64,000 nt of DNA from Octopus sinensis (GCF_006345805.1 NC_043008.1:72168001-72232000), one strand, 5' to 3'. Shown: positions 26,011 through 40,136, numbered from the stretch's first letter. Notes: generated by a model from the sequence alone, not told the origin. A program made the numbers and translations.

Positions 26011-27479
26011 TATAATACATAATACATATATACATAATTTTATACAATACATATATAATACTTATATGTACGTATGTATGTATGCATATATGTATGTATG
26101 TTTGTATGTATGTATGTGTGTGTATGTAGGTATGTCTGTATGTACGTATGTATGTATGTATGTAAATATATATCACACTTGTCAGTCTGATTCACCGACT
26201 TGATGTTGATAAATTTTCAACCTGTGGATGTTCCATTTACTACTTTCAGTTGTAATACACCCTGGAATTTAGTATCCAAGATAGCCTTGTTTATGAAATT
26301 ATGGTGTGGATTAAAGTAGATTTGGTTACTATTTCTCTGAGGTAGAGTAATCTCGAGGTAAATTCTATGGCCTTAGTTAAGTGTATTTTGTGTCATGATG
26401 CAAAAGAGGGAAACTTGACGTTGCTAGAAATCTCCTTCAGCTAATACAAAACTCAACTAATCGAAAGTACATCCTTATTTCAAGTAACTGTGCTGTAACA
26501 TATAGCAGTTTGGCTGTTGTAACATATAGTAATCTTTGTATCCATCCATCCATCCCAATACATGTATGTATGTATATATGTGTGTATGTATGTATGTCCA
26601 TACATGTATATGCGTACATGCCTACATTCATGCACACACACACACACACATAGTAGTTTTATAGTTCCAAAAATACATCTGCCAATCACTGTAGCTTCTT
26701 AAATAGTAAAGAATATTGAAATTTACAAATACACACCTCCAACGCTGATCTCTATCTCGTGCAACCATCTTAACCCCAAATATCGTTATTTGCGATATTT
26801 TGACCTTCATACTTAGCTCTTGTCACTTTGTCAGGACATTTAAAACGTATGAATATTTTTCTCTCACGTAATAAAAAGAGAAAGCAAGTTTCATTTTGTT
26901 TTGTATTGGAAGGTCTGTTTGTCGTTGTTTTTTTTATTTTTATTTTCTTTAACTTTATTCGTTTCTACTATTCTTAAAATATCAAACATCAGAGAAACAT
27001 TCCCTGGTAACTTGCTAAAGATATGTTAACTCAATTCCAAATGTTCTTTAACAGAATTTAGAGATTCTTAACCTTTACTCTAATATTTCAATTTTTACGG
27101 ATACTTTCCTTTTATCCTTATTCCTTTCTATTCCAAATGTCTAAAACCCAATGTCAAAATATTTCACCTCTTCTCTATTTCTGTTATATCGAATATATTT
27201 TTCCATTATCTACAAGACTTGTGTATCCAATTCTGTCATATTTTTAATGGTATTCTCTAAGACAATTTTCTCTATAGCTATAAAATTCCAATTCCTCAAT
27301 TCAGATCAATTTATTTGCCATTCTATATAATAACAATAAATAATAAAGTGAATTAGGGTTTCTAACATTGACAAAATGCCACAAACTTGTAAGGAATTGG
27401 CAATGTTGGTTTAATTACCACAGTCTATTACTGGTATATAATGTATCAAGATCGCTTAGGTGAAATTCAAAACCTGCAT

Positions 27480-27750
27480 TCTAACAGAGTTGTCTGTTGT
27501 GTGCTTGAGGAAGACTCTTTATTTCACGTTGCTCCAGTGCACACCGCTTTAGAAATGAGTCACGACGCCAGTAGTGCTAAGCTGTATCAGCCTTTGGCTT
27601 TCATTTGGACAATATTAGTGGCGTAGAGAGAGGAGACGGGTATGTATGGGCGACTGCTGGTCTTCTATAATCAACCATGCCTGGACTTGTGCCTCGGAGG
27701 GCTAATTTCTAGGTACAATCACACGGTCATTGTTGACCGAAGAGCTTAGT
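27480..27750 (+). mobile_element. SINE-like repeat fragment
   Basis: ttatttcacgttgctccagtgcac..gggcgactgctggtcttc..gacttgtgcctcggagggc composition resembles cephalopod SINE bodies; recognised by eye. Confidence 0.5.
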
Positions 27751-27948
27751 TACAGTTTGCCATTTACATTACGTCATTAAAATCATTTCATTCCAGAAAA
27801 ATACAAAACTTGACTAAATACCGAATGTGTCTCTATATTTTTGCTATCATTAACAATAATGTGGCGCGATGATATATAGTAGGAAAAGTAGTCATCATTT
27901 TTATTATTAATAATTTACAAGGAATACTACCATAGCAAAGAAATAAAC

Positions 27949-28055
27949 CAAATGGGTATTGAATAGCACTGTTCAAGATGGAAGAATGATTGTTCAGAGA
28001 GAAACTATAATTATACAGTGAAAGTGGTGTGTGTTGACATCCGTCTCTGAGATGT
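27949..28055 (-). CDS. Candidate coding exon 2 (107 nt, phase 2-1), (K)HLRDGCQHTPLSLYNYSFSLNNHSSILNSAIQYPF
   Basis: cagttttgcag| acceptor; TTTG|gtttat donor (alternative same-phase donor at 27931); phases match both neighbours. Confidence 0.5.
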
Positions 28056-28588
28056 CTGCAAAACTGCCAGAGGAGTAGTACTTTAGGTACATTATTATGT
28101 AACAATACAACTGTGTGCCTGTATATATATATGCAAACATATATGTATGTGAAGTGTATACACTGGGCATATAACTTCGAATCAGAGTCGATAAATTAAG
28201 TGAAAATGAATTATGAAACGGCTGTAACGATGCTGAATTAAATTTGTGTCTCATTTCTCCGAGGTTTTAATTTATTGCATACGTGTGTGTGCGCGTAATG
28301 TGTGTGAATGTATGGATGCATATGTATAGATAGATGGATGGTTGGATGGATGAATAGAATATATATGTTTGCGCAGAGCTTCCTAATTGGAAATTTTAAT
28401 AATCACATGTATACTCTTACAGCGATATTTTCTTTTCACTGCGGTTAAGCAACAGATTTGTGAGTTTTTACAACACACCAGAAGTACACAGAAAAAAAAC
28501 AATGAACTCGATTGTTAAATGCACTTAGAGGAGAATATCTCGACTCGTCTAACCTAGTTATTGCCGCCGCATCAAAATGTCTACTTAC

Positions 28589-28677
28589 TTATTTCCGCTG
28601 GGAGATAGAGCTGCTTTTTGATTGTTATGAATATACAGTGTAATAATCGCTATTATCAGGCATTTACATATGAGCAT
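28589..28677 (-). CDS. Candidate first coding exon with signal peptide or anchor, MLICKCLIIAIITLYIHNNQKAALSPSGN(K)
   Basis: Consensus donor AA|gtaagt; acceptor ttacctctccag| at 28701; hydrophobic N-terminal stretch. Confidence 0.55.
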
Positions 28678-28929
28678 AATCACCCTTTTTTCTTGTTCGG
28701 TCTGGAGAGGTAACTACTCCATTGTTTAAAAGTAGTACCCATCTACTCAACCAAGTTAAATGCAAGCTTGTTGAAAGCACACATCAAATTATTTTGAAAC
28801 ATATGCGCATCTATATACAGGTTCCCTCAGTACTTTAGTACGCCCATTCAAACAAGCACACATAAACACACACACACACACATACACTCACACACATGCG
28901 TTTTATATTCACACATACCTGAATATATA

Positions 28930-28930
28930 T

Positions 28931-28967
<37 letters not shown>

Positions 28968-29068
28968 GAGGAGGAGGAGGAGGAGGAGGAGGAAGAGGAG
29001 GAAGAGGAGGAAGAGGAAAAGGAAGAGAAGGAGGAGGAGGTGGCAGAGGCGGAGGCGGAGGAGGAGGC
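28930..29068. repeat. (AGT)n-(GGA)n microsatellite
   Basis: Directly visible. Confidence 0.95.
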
Positions 29069-29707
29069 GGTAATTCATACTAAACATTTATTAAAAGAGG
29101 ATATCATGTCGCATTTGAAGGCAGAATATTAGAAGAGGAACGGAAAAAAAGAAAAGAAACAAAACCATAGCAAAAACAAAAGAACAAAAACAAAAAGCCA
29201 AAAATACTACGTGAAATGCCCGAATTTGAAAAAAAAAACTAATATTTGTTCTACAGTTGAAGTCTTGGACAACCAATATGTTCAGTGACCTCTTTTGACG
29301 TAAATAACAGAATCAGGTGCCAAAATGTACCACCGTCAAGATAGAATATTCGAATATGAGGTTGTCACAAATGGTAATGATGACAGAACACTTTGAAATG
29401 TAACGACGAGAATTGCTAATATAAAAATAGCAACGAATATTGTTATGTTATTGCGTTTATCGTCATTGTTTTTGATATTTTTATTTTCCATTTGGTTAAA
29501 ATAATTCATTTGTGTGTTTACCAAACTTAATAATAAAGATATATGTTTGATGGAAATGGAATTATTAAAATACAGTCTCGAAGAATTACTGGCCTACAGG
29601 GATATATGCATGCATGCGTATGCGCATACAAGTCTAGAAATATATTTATGTGCATACACTTACACACATATTCAGGTACATTATTATATACACACACAAA
29701 CACACAC

Positions 29708-29753
<46 letters not shown>

Positions 29754-31640
29754 GTATGTATGTAAGTATATAAATATGTATACACACACACATGCATATG
29801 TTTATTAGCATGTATACACAAAAGTACACAAACAGGCACACACTCAGGTGTATATATGCATGTCTATTCTTTTATACTTGTATATACATACGTGAGCATT
29901 TACATATTTAAATACATACATATATGTTTGTATGTTTGTGTGTGTGTATATGTGTGCGCGCGTGTGTGTGTGCAGTAACGTATATGTGTATGAGCACTTA
30001 GGCGTGTGTGTTTATGTGATATAAACAGTATGAGATAATGAATACACATATGGATAATAGTTCTTCCTTAGCACAACTGTAGTATTCTCGGCGTAAACAT
30101 ACACACGATCAAATAAATACATTCATGTAGAAATATATTTATGGCAATAGACCATTCCTATCCGTATTCAAATACTTACATTTATATATAAAAACATTAA
30201 TAAACACACAAACAAGCAAGCAAGCACACACATACACACACACACACGCTCGCATAACGCACAGGAGGAGACAGAGAGGCAGACAGACAGAGACAGGGAG
30301 GTGGATAGATATGTATGTACGTGTGAGTTACTGTATACCAAACAAATAACCATCTTTTGTTATCAAATCAGATACAAGTCCAAAATTGCTCTCTTTTGTT
30401 TCTCTATAGCACACTTATTTCAACTCTCTCACCCTTTCGCTTTCTCTATTTCTATCTCTTCCTCGTTCTCTCTATTTCTTTCACCCTCACTCCCTCTCAT
30501 TCTCTGTCTATTTTTCTGTCTCTGTCTGTCTCTTTCCCTCTCTCCCCTCCCCATCCCTCTCTCTCTCTTTCTGTCCCTGTATCCTGCTATATTTCACTCT
30601 TTTATCCATTCCTCATTCTATTACATCCAATGCAATTCCAACTCCTCTTTCTCTTTTCTCTGTCATACTGTCTTTTTCTCATTCTTAAACATTTTCTCTC
30701 TTTTACTTTCATCCGCTGTCTTTTACTCTCATTTACTCTCTTTTATTCTCCTTCTCTCTCTCTCTCTCACTCTCTCTCTCTCTTTCATTGCTTTGCTTTC
30801 TCTTCCACTTCTCCAGTTTGCCATCATTGTACCAATTCCACACAAGGTTCCAACGTTTATCCGGTGCAACATATTAAGAATAACAAAGGAAAACAAATCA
30901 AACCTCTCTTCTTTTCTCCATCATTTTCATTGCTATATGCATCACACACACATACACACACACAATAATATTAACATATATGTACGTCTATATATGTAAG
31001 TATGTATGTATAAATGTATGCGTGTGTACATACATGTATTCATCTATATACATATACGATGTCATATACAACGTATCAATATATGGAAGCGTGTATATAT
31101 GTATATGCATACATACTAGGTGAATATACATGTGTGTGGGGGGTTGTGTGTGTGTATATGTGTATCTATACACACAAACAAGCACATACACGCATAAATA
31201 TAAATATATACAAACATATACGTCTATATCTATTACATACATATATATATACAGGCATCTACATCACATGACCTATTACAATGATACTAATATTACGGAC
31301 TGCTTTACGTATATTTTAAAAATCTACTTCTCCGTCCCCAACTCAAAAAAATATATATATAACTGTGTGATAATACTAAAAATATTGTATTTCTGGTGAA
31401 AATTAAGCCTATTGTTCCAACAGTATTCCATCGTTTCATTGTTTCAAGGTTTCACCATTTCCCAGCTAAACATCTCTACCGTGTTTCAATTTTTGTCTTC
31501 TTTCAATGCTTACAATATATATTTGTGTGTTTGATTTCTTTTTTTCCTTTGTCTGTATATGCATGTATGTATATAAAAATGTTTGTATAAAGGCTTATGT
31601 GTATGTATTTACCTATATATGTATATGTATGTATATATAT

Positions 31641-31697
<57 letters not shown>

Positions 31698-31699
<2 letters not shown>

Positions 31700-32104
31700 T
31701 TGTGTGTAAATGTCACGGGCACATATATTTATGAATCTAGTTATGATGTTTCTATGTGTATGGTATGATCATTTTTGCTGTGTAGACTTATATGAAAATA
31801 TACATATTCTGTAACTTTGCACGTATATAAGCATACATATGGATATATGGAGACATGGATACATGGAAGCGTGTTATACAATTATTTTATGCAGCATGTA
31901 TTGTATGTGTGTGAGAGTGTGCGCACATGTGTGTAGATGTGGTAAGTTCCATGTACGAAGTTTGACAGCTAAGAAAGACAGGTGTTTGAGTGAAAGAGAT
32001 AGAGAGATTGTGTACCTCAGTATATGTGCATATTTGTGGATTGATTTATACACATGCTCATATATATGTAATGTACATATGTATAAAATATACATATGTT
32101 CTCC

Positions 32105-32168
<64 letters not shown>

Positions 32169-32571
32169 TTGTGTGTAAATGTCACGGGCACATATATTTA
32201 TGAATCTAGTTATGATGTTTCTATGTGTATGGTATGATCATTTTTGCTGTGTAGACTTATATGAAAATATACATATTCTGTAACTTTGCACGTATATAAG
32301 CATACATATGGATATTGGAGACATGGATACATGGAAGCGTGTTATACAATTATTTTATGCAGCATGTATTGTATGTGTGTGAGAGTGTGCGCACATGTGT
32401 GTAGATGTGGTAAGTTCCATGTACGAAGTTTGACAGCTAAGAAAGACAGGTGTTTGAGTGAAAGAGATAGAGAGATTGTGTACCTCAGTATATGTGCATA
32501 TTTGTGGATTGATTTATACACATGCTCATATATATGTAAATGTACATATGTATAAAATATACATATGTTCT

Positions 32572-32610
<39 letters not shown>
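31698..32610. repeat. Near-perfect tandem duplication, period 469 bp
   Basis: 31698-32166 is repeated from 32167; the differences I could see are two single-base indels and microsatellite length. Confidence 0.93.
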
Positions 32611-32617
<7 letters not shown>

Positions 32618-32663
32618 CAAAAGAAGAAAGATACCTCAATATTATGTAAATAGAGGAAATTTA

Positions 32664-32859
32664 TCTGTAAATTAATGTTACCATTATTCAATAGCCGAGA
32701 TAACACTCTGAGTTTCGGATGCCGAAGTGGAAGTCCACAACACCATCTCTTCGTTATCTGGCCAGATAACCGAAGAGATGGTGTTGTGGACTTCCACTTC
32801 GGCATCCGAAACTCAGTGTTATCTTGGCAATTGAATAATGGTAACATATTATTTACAGA
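32664..32859. mobile_element. Spacer-less ~196-bp palindrome made from a Penelope 3' end
   Basis: Arms meet at ctgg|ccag (32761/32762); the sequence matches the 3' UTR at 44600-44747. Confidence 0.9.
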
Positions 32860-33279
32860 TATATATATAAATCTTTGAAATAACATCAGCTATAACAACG
32901 AGAAAAGTAATTAATATGGATTAATTGTTAATACTGATTGGTCGGGCATGAACATCACACTATCTTTGATAGTAGCAAATGATAGCAAGATTATTAATAT
33001 TTTCCCATTATTTCTGAAATCATACAAACAACGACAAGAGCTAGAAATTTGAGGATCTGGAGTTGTTTACGAATGCGTCCAACCAACAAGAAGAGACTTC
33101 AGGATCTAGGAGTGGTGTGTGAAATCAACCGAATAACAGTGTCAACAGTAACAGGAAAGAGTTTTGAGAGATGGAGCTGTTTGTTAAATTCCTCCAAACA
33201 CCAGTATGTTGGTAGATCTGGGGTTCTTTATTATACAAGTGGTTTTTTTTTTTTCTTGAAATATTGGTTTCAAATCTTT

Positions 33280-33790
33280 GGCACAAAGCCAGCTATATCG
33301 TGCGTAGATTGATTACAACACCCTAATGGTCAACAGGTGCTTATTTTATAGACCCCGAAAGGAGGAGAGGCAAAATCGATCTGAGCGGAATTTGAACTCA
33401 GGACATAAAGAAAGACAAAATGCCGCTTAATATTTTACCCGACGCATTTAAATTTTCGTAGAACTGCAACAATTTCGGGGAAAAGGATAAAATTGATTAG
33501 TTCCACCCAAGTACTCAGCTAATATTTATTTTAAAAGGCCTGAAAGTATGAGAGAAGAGGACGACATAAAATGAATTTGAATGGAAAGCGTAAAAACGGA
33601 CGAGATGCCGCTAAGAATTCTGCACGGCGTGCTAATGATTCTGCGAATTCACTGCCTTGATGCCTCAATATTGCTATGAATATTAGATTCAAATGTTGGC
33701 AAAGGGCCAGACATTTTACGAGAGGGGTAAGTTGATTGCATCGAATCCAGTGTTCAACTATTTGTTATTTTATTGATCACAAAAGGATGA
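33280..33790 (-). mobile_element. Cluster of about three decayed SINE fragments
   Basis: Repeated gaccccgaaagga..ggaatttgaactcag..aatgccgctaag motifs, reverse complement of the copy at 57765-57990. Confidence 0.7.
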
Positions 33791-34099
33791 AATTATTGAA
33801 ATATTGAAATCAGCATTACCCAATACGACAACAATATCCGAGGAAAATCGTGAGAAGAAAGCTATTGATACCAGGTCGAGAACAATAACAGTAAAAACCG
33901 ACAAACGAAGAAAAATATATATAAAGAACACATTGTTATTACTTCAGTGTGTTATACCTATTGACCTGAGAATATGTAGAGATAAATAGATAACTTTTAC
34001 ATATATACATATATGTGTATGAGCGTGCGTTATACATACATATATATAATATACATATATATATTATATATATATATATTATATTATATATATATATAT

Positions 34100-34140
<41 letters not shown>

Positions 34141-34569
34141 CACTCACTACCTCCCCTTATTTAGAAATCTCCTGGAAATAAAAACAACGATAATTCCATG
34201 CAATATAAACATAACGTCACAAGAAATTTGAAAAGCTACACGCGAAACCGGTAATTTCTTTAAAAATTTTTAAATTATGTCATTTTAAGGAAAGGAAAAA
34301 AATTTTTCCAATATTCTCCAGACATTTTTACACATATATATATATTTTTTAACATTTAAGCCTTCTGTCGTTTTTTCACACTTTACTATTTTCTTATATA
34401 TTCACCCACGTGCTTTACCAAACAAACTTTCTTATCTATATATAATATATATATATAATATATAATTTAGAGACAATCCTCTATTAAACAATATATTATA
34501 TATTATGAAATTTGATTCAAAACTGTTAATTGAATTTTTCCCTGTAAGTTTGGGAATTATATTCCCTAC

Positions 34570-34609
<40 letters not shown>

Positions 34610-34650
34610 TATACATACATACATACATACACACATACATACATACGTAT

Positions 34651-34717
<67 letters not shown>

Positions 34718-34853
34718 CATGTATGTGTGTCTGTGGATTACTCAGTGACTTTCACGTTAATTTCACGAGTGGCTGTTCCTTTGATCGTATCAGCTGGCAC
34801 CTTCGGCGCCGTAACCGATGGAGTGCTCTGTCTCTGTCTCTCTCTCTCTCTCT

Positions 34854-34907
<54 letters not shown>

Positions 34908-35799
34908 ATTGTGATATATATATATATATAATATATTCATATATATATTCGCTGTTTCAATTGGTCTGCAAGATTCTTTATGTGAATTCGTGTGTTGAAG
35001 CATACTCTGTTGTGTCTGGGGAGAGTCATTCTTTTTTAGTGCTTTATAATGTAACACATGCACCGGTAAAATTTCCACTCATTTACTTAATGATTTTTCT
35101 AAAATTTTCTTTGCGACTGGCAACATTTACAATAGTTGTTAATGCACCGTTATTTTTGCGTCCTTTTTGTATGTTTGTGCGCACATGTGTGGGTCAGTGT
35201 GAGTGCGATTACGCATATATGTATGTATGTACGTATGTATATATGTATGCTTGTAAGTGTGTGTATGCATGTATGTGTGTGTACGTACGGTTGTATGTAT
35301 GTACGTTTGTATGTATGTATTCAGCATATTCTTGTGTTTGTGTCCGTGTTTGTGCTTTTATGTGTGTGTGTGTACCTCTGTCTCCGTGTGTGTGCATGTC
35401 TGAGTGTGTCTGTGTGTGTTTATGGTTTTTGTGACTATCTACTTTGTCTGTCTGTATGAATGTGTATCTCTATATGTCTGGACGTGTGTCTCCATATGCG
35501 TACTTGTGTGAAGTGATGTGTGTGTATATATGGTCGTGTATTTCAGTCTTCATTTGTGTATGTGTGTTTAAGTGTGCTTGTCCGTTCATATTATCTATGT
35601 ACCTATCTGTCTGTATGTCTATCTGTTTACTTTCATATCCATTTGCCTACACACATGTGCATATACATATGCATACACACACTTATCTACATAACAGCCC
35701 ACTAACTATTCTACCTCTATATAAATATAAACTGGGGGTATCGGAGTATGATTATCTACTACGTATATTACCTATTTAGTACTGGGATATTTTATTTAT

Positions 35800-36852
35800 G
35801 AAGACGTACTCTTGTATTTGTCTGAGTGTTGGGTCCTTTGGGTGCTTGGATAAATTGCAGATGTCAAGCTAACCCAGGTTGCCTCCATCTTTGTCCTTGG
35901 CGTGTTAGTAGAGTATGGAGGACGGTTTTATTTTTTTCGAAATAATCTGTTCACCAAAAAACTCTTGAAGTAGCTCCATGGTGATGCACAAAGTATGTGC
36001 TGTAGCTCCATCTTGCTGAAAGTATGCATTATCAATTTCTCTTCCAATTAGTTGGCCTACAATTGGATAGACAATGTTTGAGCAATATCTCTCGGTGTTG
36101 ATGTTGTCTTCAAAAAATATCTGTCTTTCTCGAAATTGTTATCCATACTCCAACTTTTTCGGGATGCAGAGGTTGCTCATGCGTCGTGTATGGATTCTCA
36201 GTGCTTCATAACCCTTGTGTCTTGCGAGTTTATGTGTTCCGACAGATGAAACCAAACCTCATCAGTGTAAAAACACCCATTCAGCACTTCTATGCATTTT
36301 TCGGCAATAAAGTTATGGAAGCAATGACAATAATGAAGCCATTTAGAATGATCCGTAGTTTTCAATTCTTCAATGGCCTGCAATTTGTATAGAAAGAAAT
36401 TTGATTTCTTTTTTACTGCTGTGTGAGCACTTCTTGGGCTGATTTCCATTTCTTGTGACAATTTGCGTTAGGACTTTGATGAGCTTAACAACAGTTTATC
36501 AGAAATATGGCAGAGTGTTTCGTCTGAAAGAAAAGTAGGCCTACGCTTCTTGGTGCGTCTTCTTCTGAGCCTGTGTTTCCAAATTTTCTTATCAAATCCC
36601 GCACAGTGTCACGATCTGGAACAACAGTATTTGGAAAAGTTTCACTGAACTTCTGTTTCACAGTATCTGTGCATTTGTTTCCAGCTCGAAAAATCTCATT
36701 CTACTAAAAATGGTTAGCATGTCGATACGCTGAAGGGTACACAATGAGTGAGAGACAACAGCTGACACCCGGTCTCCCACGCAGTGATAGCCAAGTTGCG
36801 CATGCGCAGGTTAAAAAACATTTTCCACGGAGAGACGTTTGGACACCCTGTA
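35800..36852 (-). mobile_element. Tc1/mariner-superfamily transposon remnant (rosa/DD41D-like motif style), decayed
   Basis: TIR-like tacagggtgtccaaacg; FYTDEVWFHLSEHINSQD; HEQPLHPEKVGVW; YFQQDGATAHT; the third catalytic residue region appears deleted. Confidence 0.8.
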
Positions 36853-37134
36853 TAATCAAAATAAACAACAGGGTATTAATTAGTGATGCATTGCAAACAT
36901 TTCAAGGGCCTCCATTTAATTGAACAATGCAAACATTCCATGAGTTTAAACGCAGAGCCATCTTCAGCTGCACCAATAAATAAATGGAATCTTAACAAGT
37001 AGGACATATTAATATAACTTTTCTCAAATATTTAAACAGAGTAAGAAGATAGAAGAAATTTACGATGTCGCTATTGTAACTAAGAATAGACTATACTACT
37101 AAGAATTGTATGGAGCCTAGTGGGGTTATATATA

Positions 37135-37176
<42 letters not shown>

Positions 37177-37264
37177 TATATATATTATATATAATATAGT
37201 ATATATATTATATATATATAGGTGTGGTGTGTGTGTGTGGTGTGTGTGTGTGTGTGTGAAGGTA

Positions 37265-37500
37265 AGAGAGAAATTATCTGCGACCACGTAAAGGATGTTT
37301 GAATGACCCCAAAGAAGTGATAATAAGAATGGGTGAGATCTGGACAGTGCAAGGTGGAGTGGAGTGTTCCCACAACTCGGAAATCAATTTTTCACTGGCT
37401 TGAACGGTCTGGGCGGCTGTATGTGGGCATGCATAGTCGTGCATCAATAACAGACGAATAACAATACAACTCGGACACTAGTACAAATTACCGGTTTCAA
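37265..37500 (-). mobile_element. Mariner (DD34D) catalytic-domain fragment
   Basis: LLLMHDYACPHTAAQTV and CPDLTHSYYHFFG correspond to LLHDNARPH and YSPDLAPSDYHLF. Confidence 0.7.
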
Positions 37501-38026
37501 TTTCTTGGCAACCATTTCGATGTAAACTATACTAGCGATCCATTTTTAAGGTTATGTTCCAGTAGTGGGTGTCCAGTAAATGGTTAATGCAAGACAGAGG
37601 TCGTGATCTACATAGCAAAAGTAGGGTCTAACAGTAGCAGCTACAGCAACAAATGGGTAAGCACACACGGAAAAATACTGTAGCAAGCAAGGGTCCTTTT
37701 AAAGCCAGGTAAGCGAATGGGAAAATCTACACAACCTGATAGATTTCAGACACACCTGCAATCGTTCAACAGGAAGTAACATTTTCCTTTCCCAGAATTT
37801 TCTTTTGGCTTCATTATTATAATTACATTTTTTTTCTTGGCACCTGAAAACTGATCAAGACCGTAAATTCACCTCCATTATAAATAAAAGAGGCTAAATG
37901 CTTCAGAATAGAATATTTGATGGCCGTCTAAATTGCCAAGTGCAATAGTAGAGGGGAAAAGAATGGTAACTTTTCCACTGGTGACAAGGCACAACCACGG
38001 ATATACAACTCGAATACATATATATA

Positions 38027-38089
<63 letters not shown>

Positions 38090-38129
38090 TATATATACAT
38101 ACACATACATATATATGTATGTATATATA

Positions 38130-38363
38130 TCAGCGTGAAATCACCGTAACCGACCAGGCTATCAGATGTTGCTACATATCGCTGGTCACAATGCGCTTCA
38201 AATTGTTTTAGCCTTCAAATGACGCCACCAGCCCCTGCCGGTGCCTCGTGGAGTTTTAGGTGTTTTCGCTCAATAAACACTGACAACGCCCGGTCTGGGA
38301 ATCGAAACCGAGAGCCTACAACCGTGAGTCCGCTGCATTAACCACTGGGCCAGTGCGCCTCCA
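38130..38363 (-). mobile_element. tRNA-derived SINE, same family as 18451-18735
   Basis: Reverse complement of the same head and body. Confidence 0.85.
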
Positions 38364-39017
38364 CGTATGTATATATATATATACAGATATACATATATAT
38401 ATACATATATATAATTATGTATTATATATGGCACACACACATATATATACATCTCTCTCTCACACACTCTCTATCTTTCTCTCTCTATATATATATATAG
38501 AGAGAGAGTGAGTTGTAGTAGTGGTGGCGGTGATGATGATGATGATGATGAGGATGATGATACAAACCACCACTACGTCAAAGATGATGTAGTTGGTATT
38601 GAATGTGGTGGGAGTGGTAATTGTCATAACAATAAATGATGCATTATTACCTATTTTGGGGATATTCATAATTGCTTTTTTATGCGTCATATTTCATATA
38701 ATTTCGGTGCATGTGTATGTATACTTATGTATGTCTGTCTATATGTATGTATATTTATATGTATGTATGTATCTATATATCTATATATGCATGTCTGTAT
38801 TTATGTAAGTTTGAATGCTTTTCTGTGTATGCCTTATATATGCACCTAGTTGTTTGTATATGCATCTTTATGCTCATATATGCATATTTATACATTTATT
38901 TATGTGTTCATGTACATATATATATATATATATCCATATTCTATATGTCTGCAAACATATGTGAATAAATATGTGTGCATGTTGCATATATATATGTGTG
39001 TGTGTATGTGTATATAC

Positions 39018-39070
<53 letters not shown>

Positions 39071-39339
39071 TATTACCTACATATATATGTACAAATATAT
39101 TTTTGTGAGTATACTTATAGATATGTAGGTACGTATGCTGCCTGTATGTATATGCTCATATATATGTTTCATTCTTCTAAGTATGCGTGTGTACGAGCGT
39201 TTGTGAGTATGTCATGAGGGAGAAAAATGGTAGAGATAGAGGGAGGATAGAAACTAGGAGAAATTATAATGGTGAAAAAGCTTGGGAGAAAGATAAATAC
39301 GCGGCCAAGACTTCTGTGAATACATGTTTATTCATGTAT

Positions 39340-39486
39340 ACATACATACTTATATCTATGTATATATCTATCAATCTATCTATATGTCTATATGTGTGTA
39401 TGTATATATATATATATATATTTACATATTCATATATGAATATGTACATATGTACATATGTATGTATATATACATATATATATGTG

Positions 39487-39517
<31 letters not shown>

Positions 39518-39665
39518 GTATATATGTATATATACATACATATGTATATAAACATACATATGTATATATACATGCATATGTATATATCGTATATATCTAT
39601 GTATATATACATATATATGCATACATATATATACATATATATCCACATATATATTTACGTATACC
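39340..39665. repeat. Degenerate (TA)n/(TACA)n field
   Basis: Directly visible. Confidence 0.93.
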
Positions 39666-40100
39666 CATATGAATTACTATATATGTGGTGAGTCAGTGTG
39701 TAGTGTTTTAAATGAAGAACATAAAAATAATGCGGTTACATAATTGAGTGTGAAATTATGTCCTCCCCTACAATGGAACGCTTTATAAACCTTATCCCAT
39801 GCGCTGTTTTGTTCTGGTTTTGTTTTGTTTCATTTCTTTCATAATCTATGTTGTCTTTATTGATGCTGTTGTTCTTATTGTTGCTAATCCTATATATGCG
39901 CAGCATTATATACGAAAGAGCACTGTGACTTATTATGTAAGCATACTGAAGCTAAATAATCAATCAAGTGGAGACACAGAATGGGTTAGAGGGAGTCATA
40001 GATGTAAATATTTGAGTATATTTATTTATGTGTGTGTGTAGGTGTATGTGAGTGTGTGTGCACAGTGAGAGACATTGTAGGTAGATAGATAGATAAATAG

Positions 40101-40136
<36 letters not shown>

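Noticed and set aside
29336-29524. ORF with TM-like ITIFVAIFILAILVV
   Set aside because: Short, AT-biased, stops quickly, no donor; hydrophobic runs arise easily in such DNA.
30301-30999. 232-aa and 203-aa Leu/Ser/Phe-rich ORFs (also 22727-23295 and 50549-51238)
   Set aside because: CT-rich low-complexity tracts.
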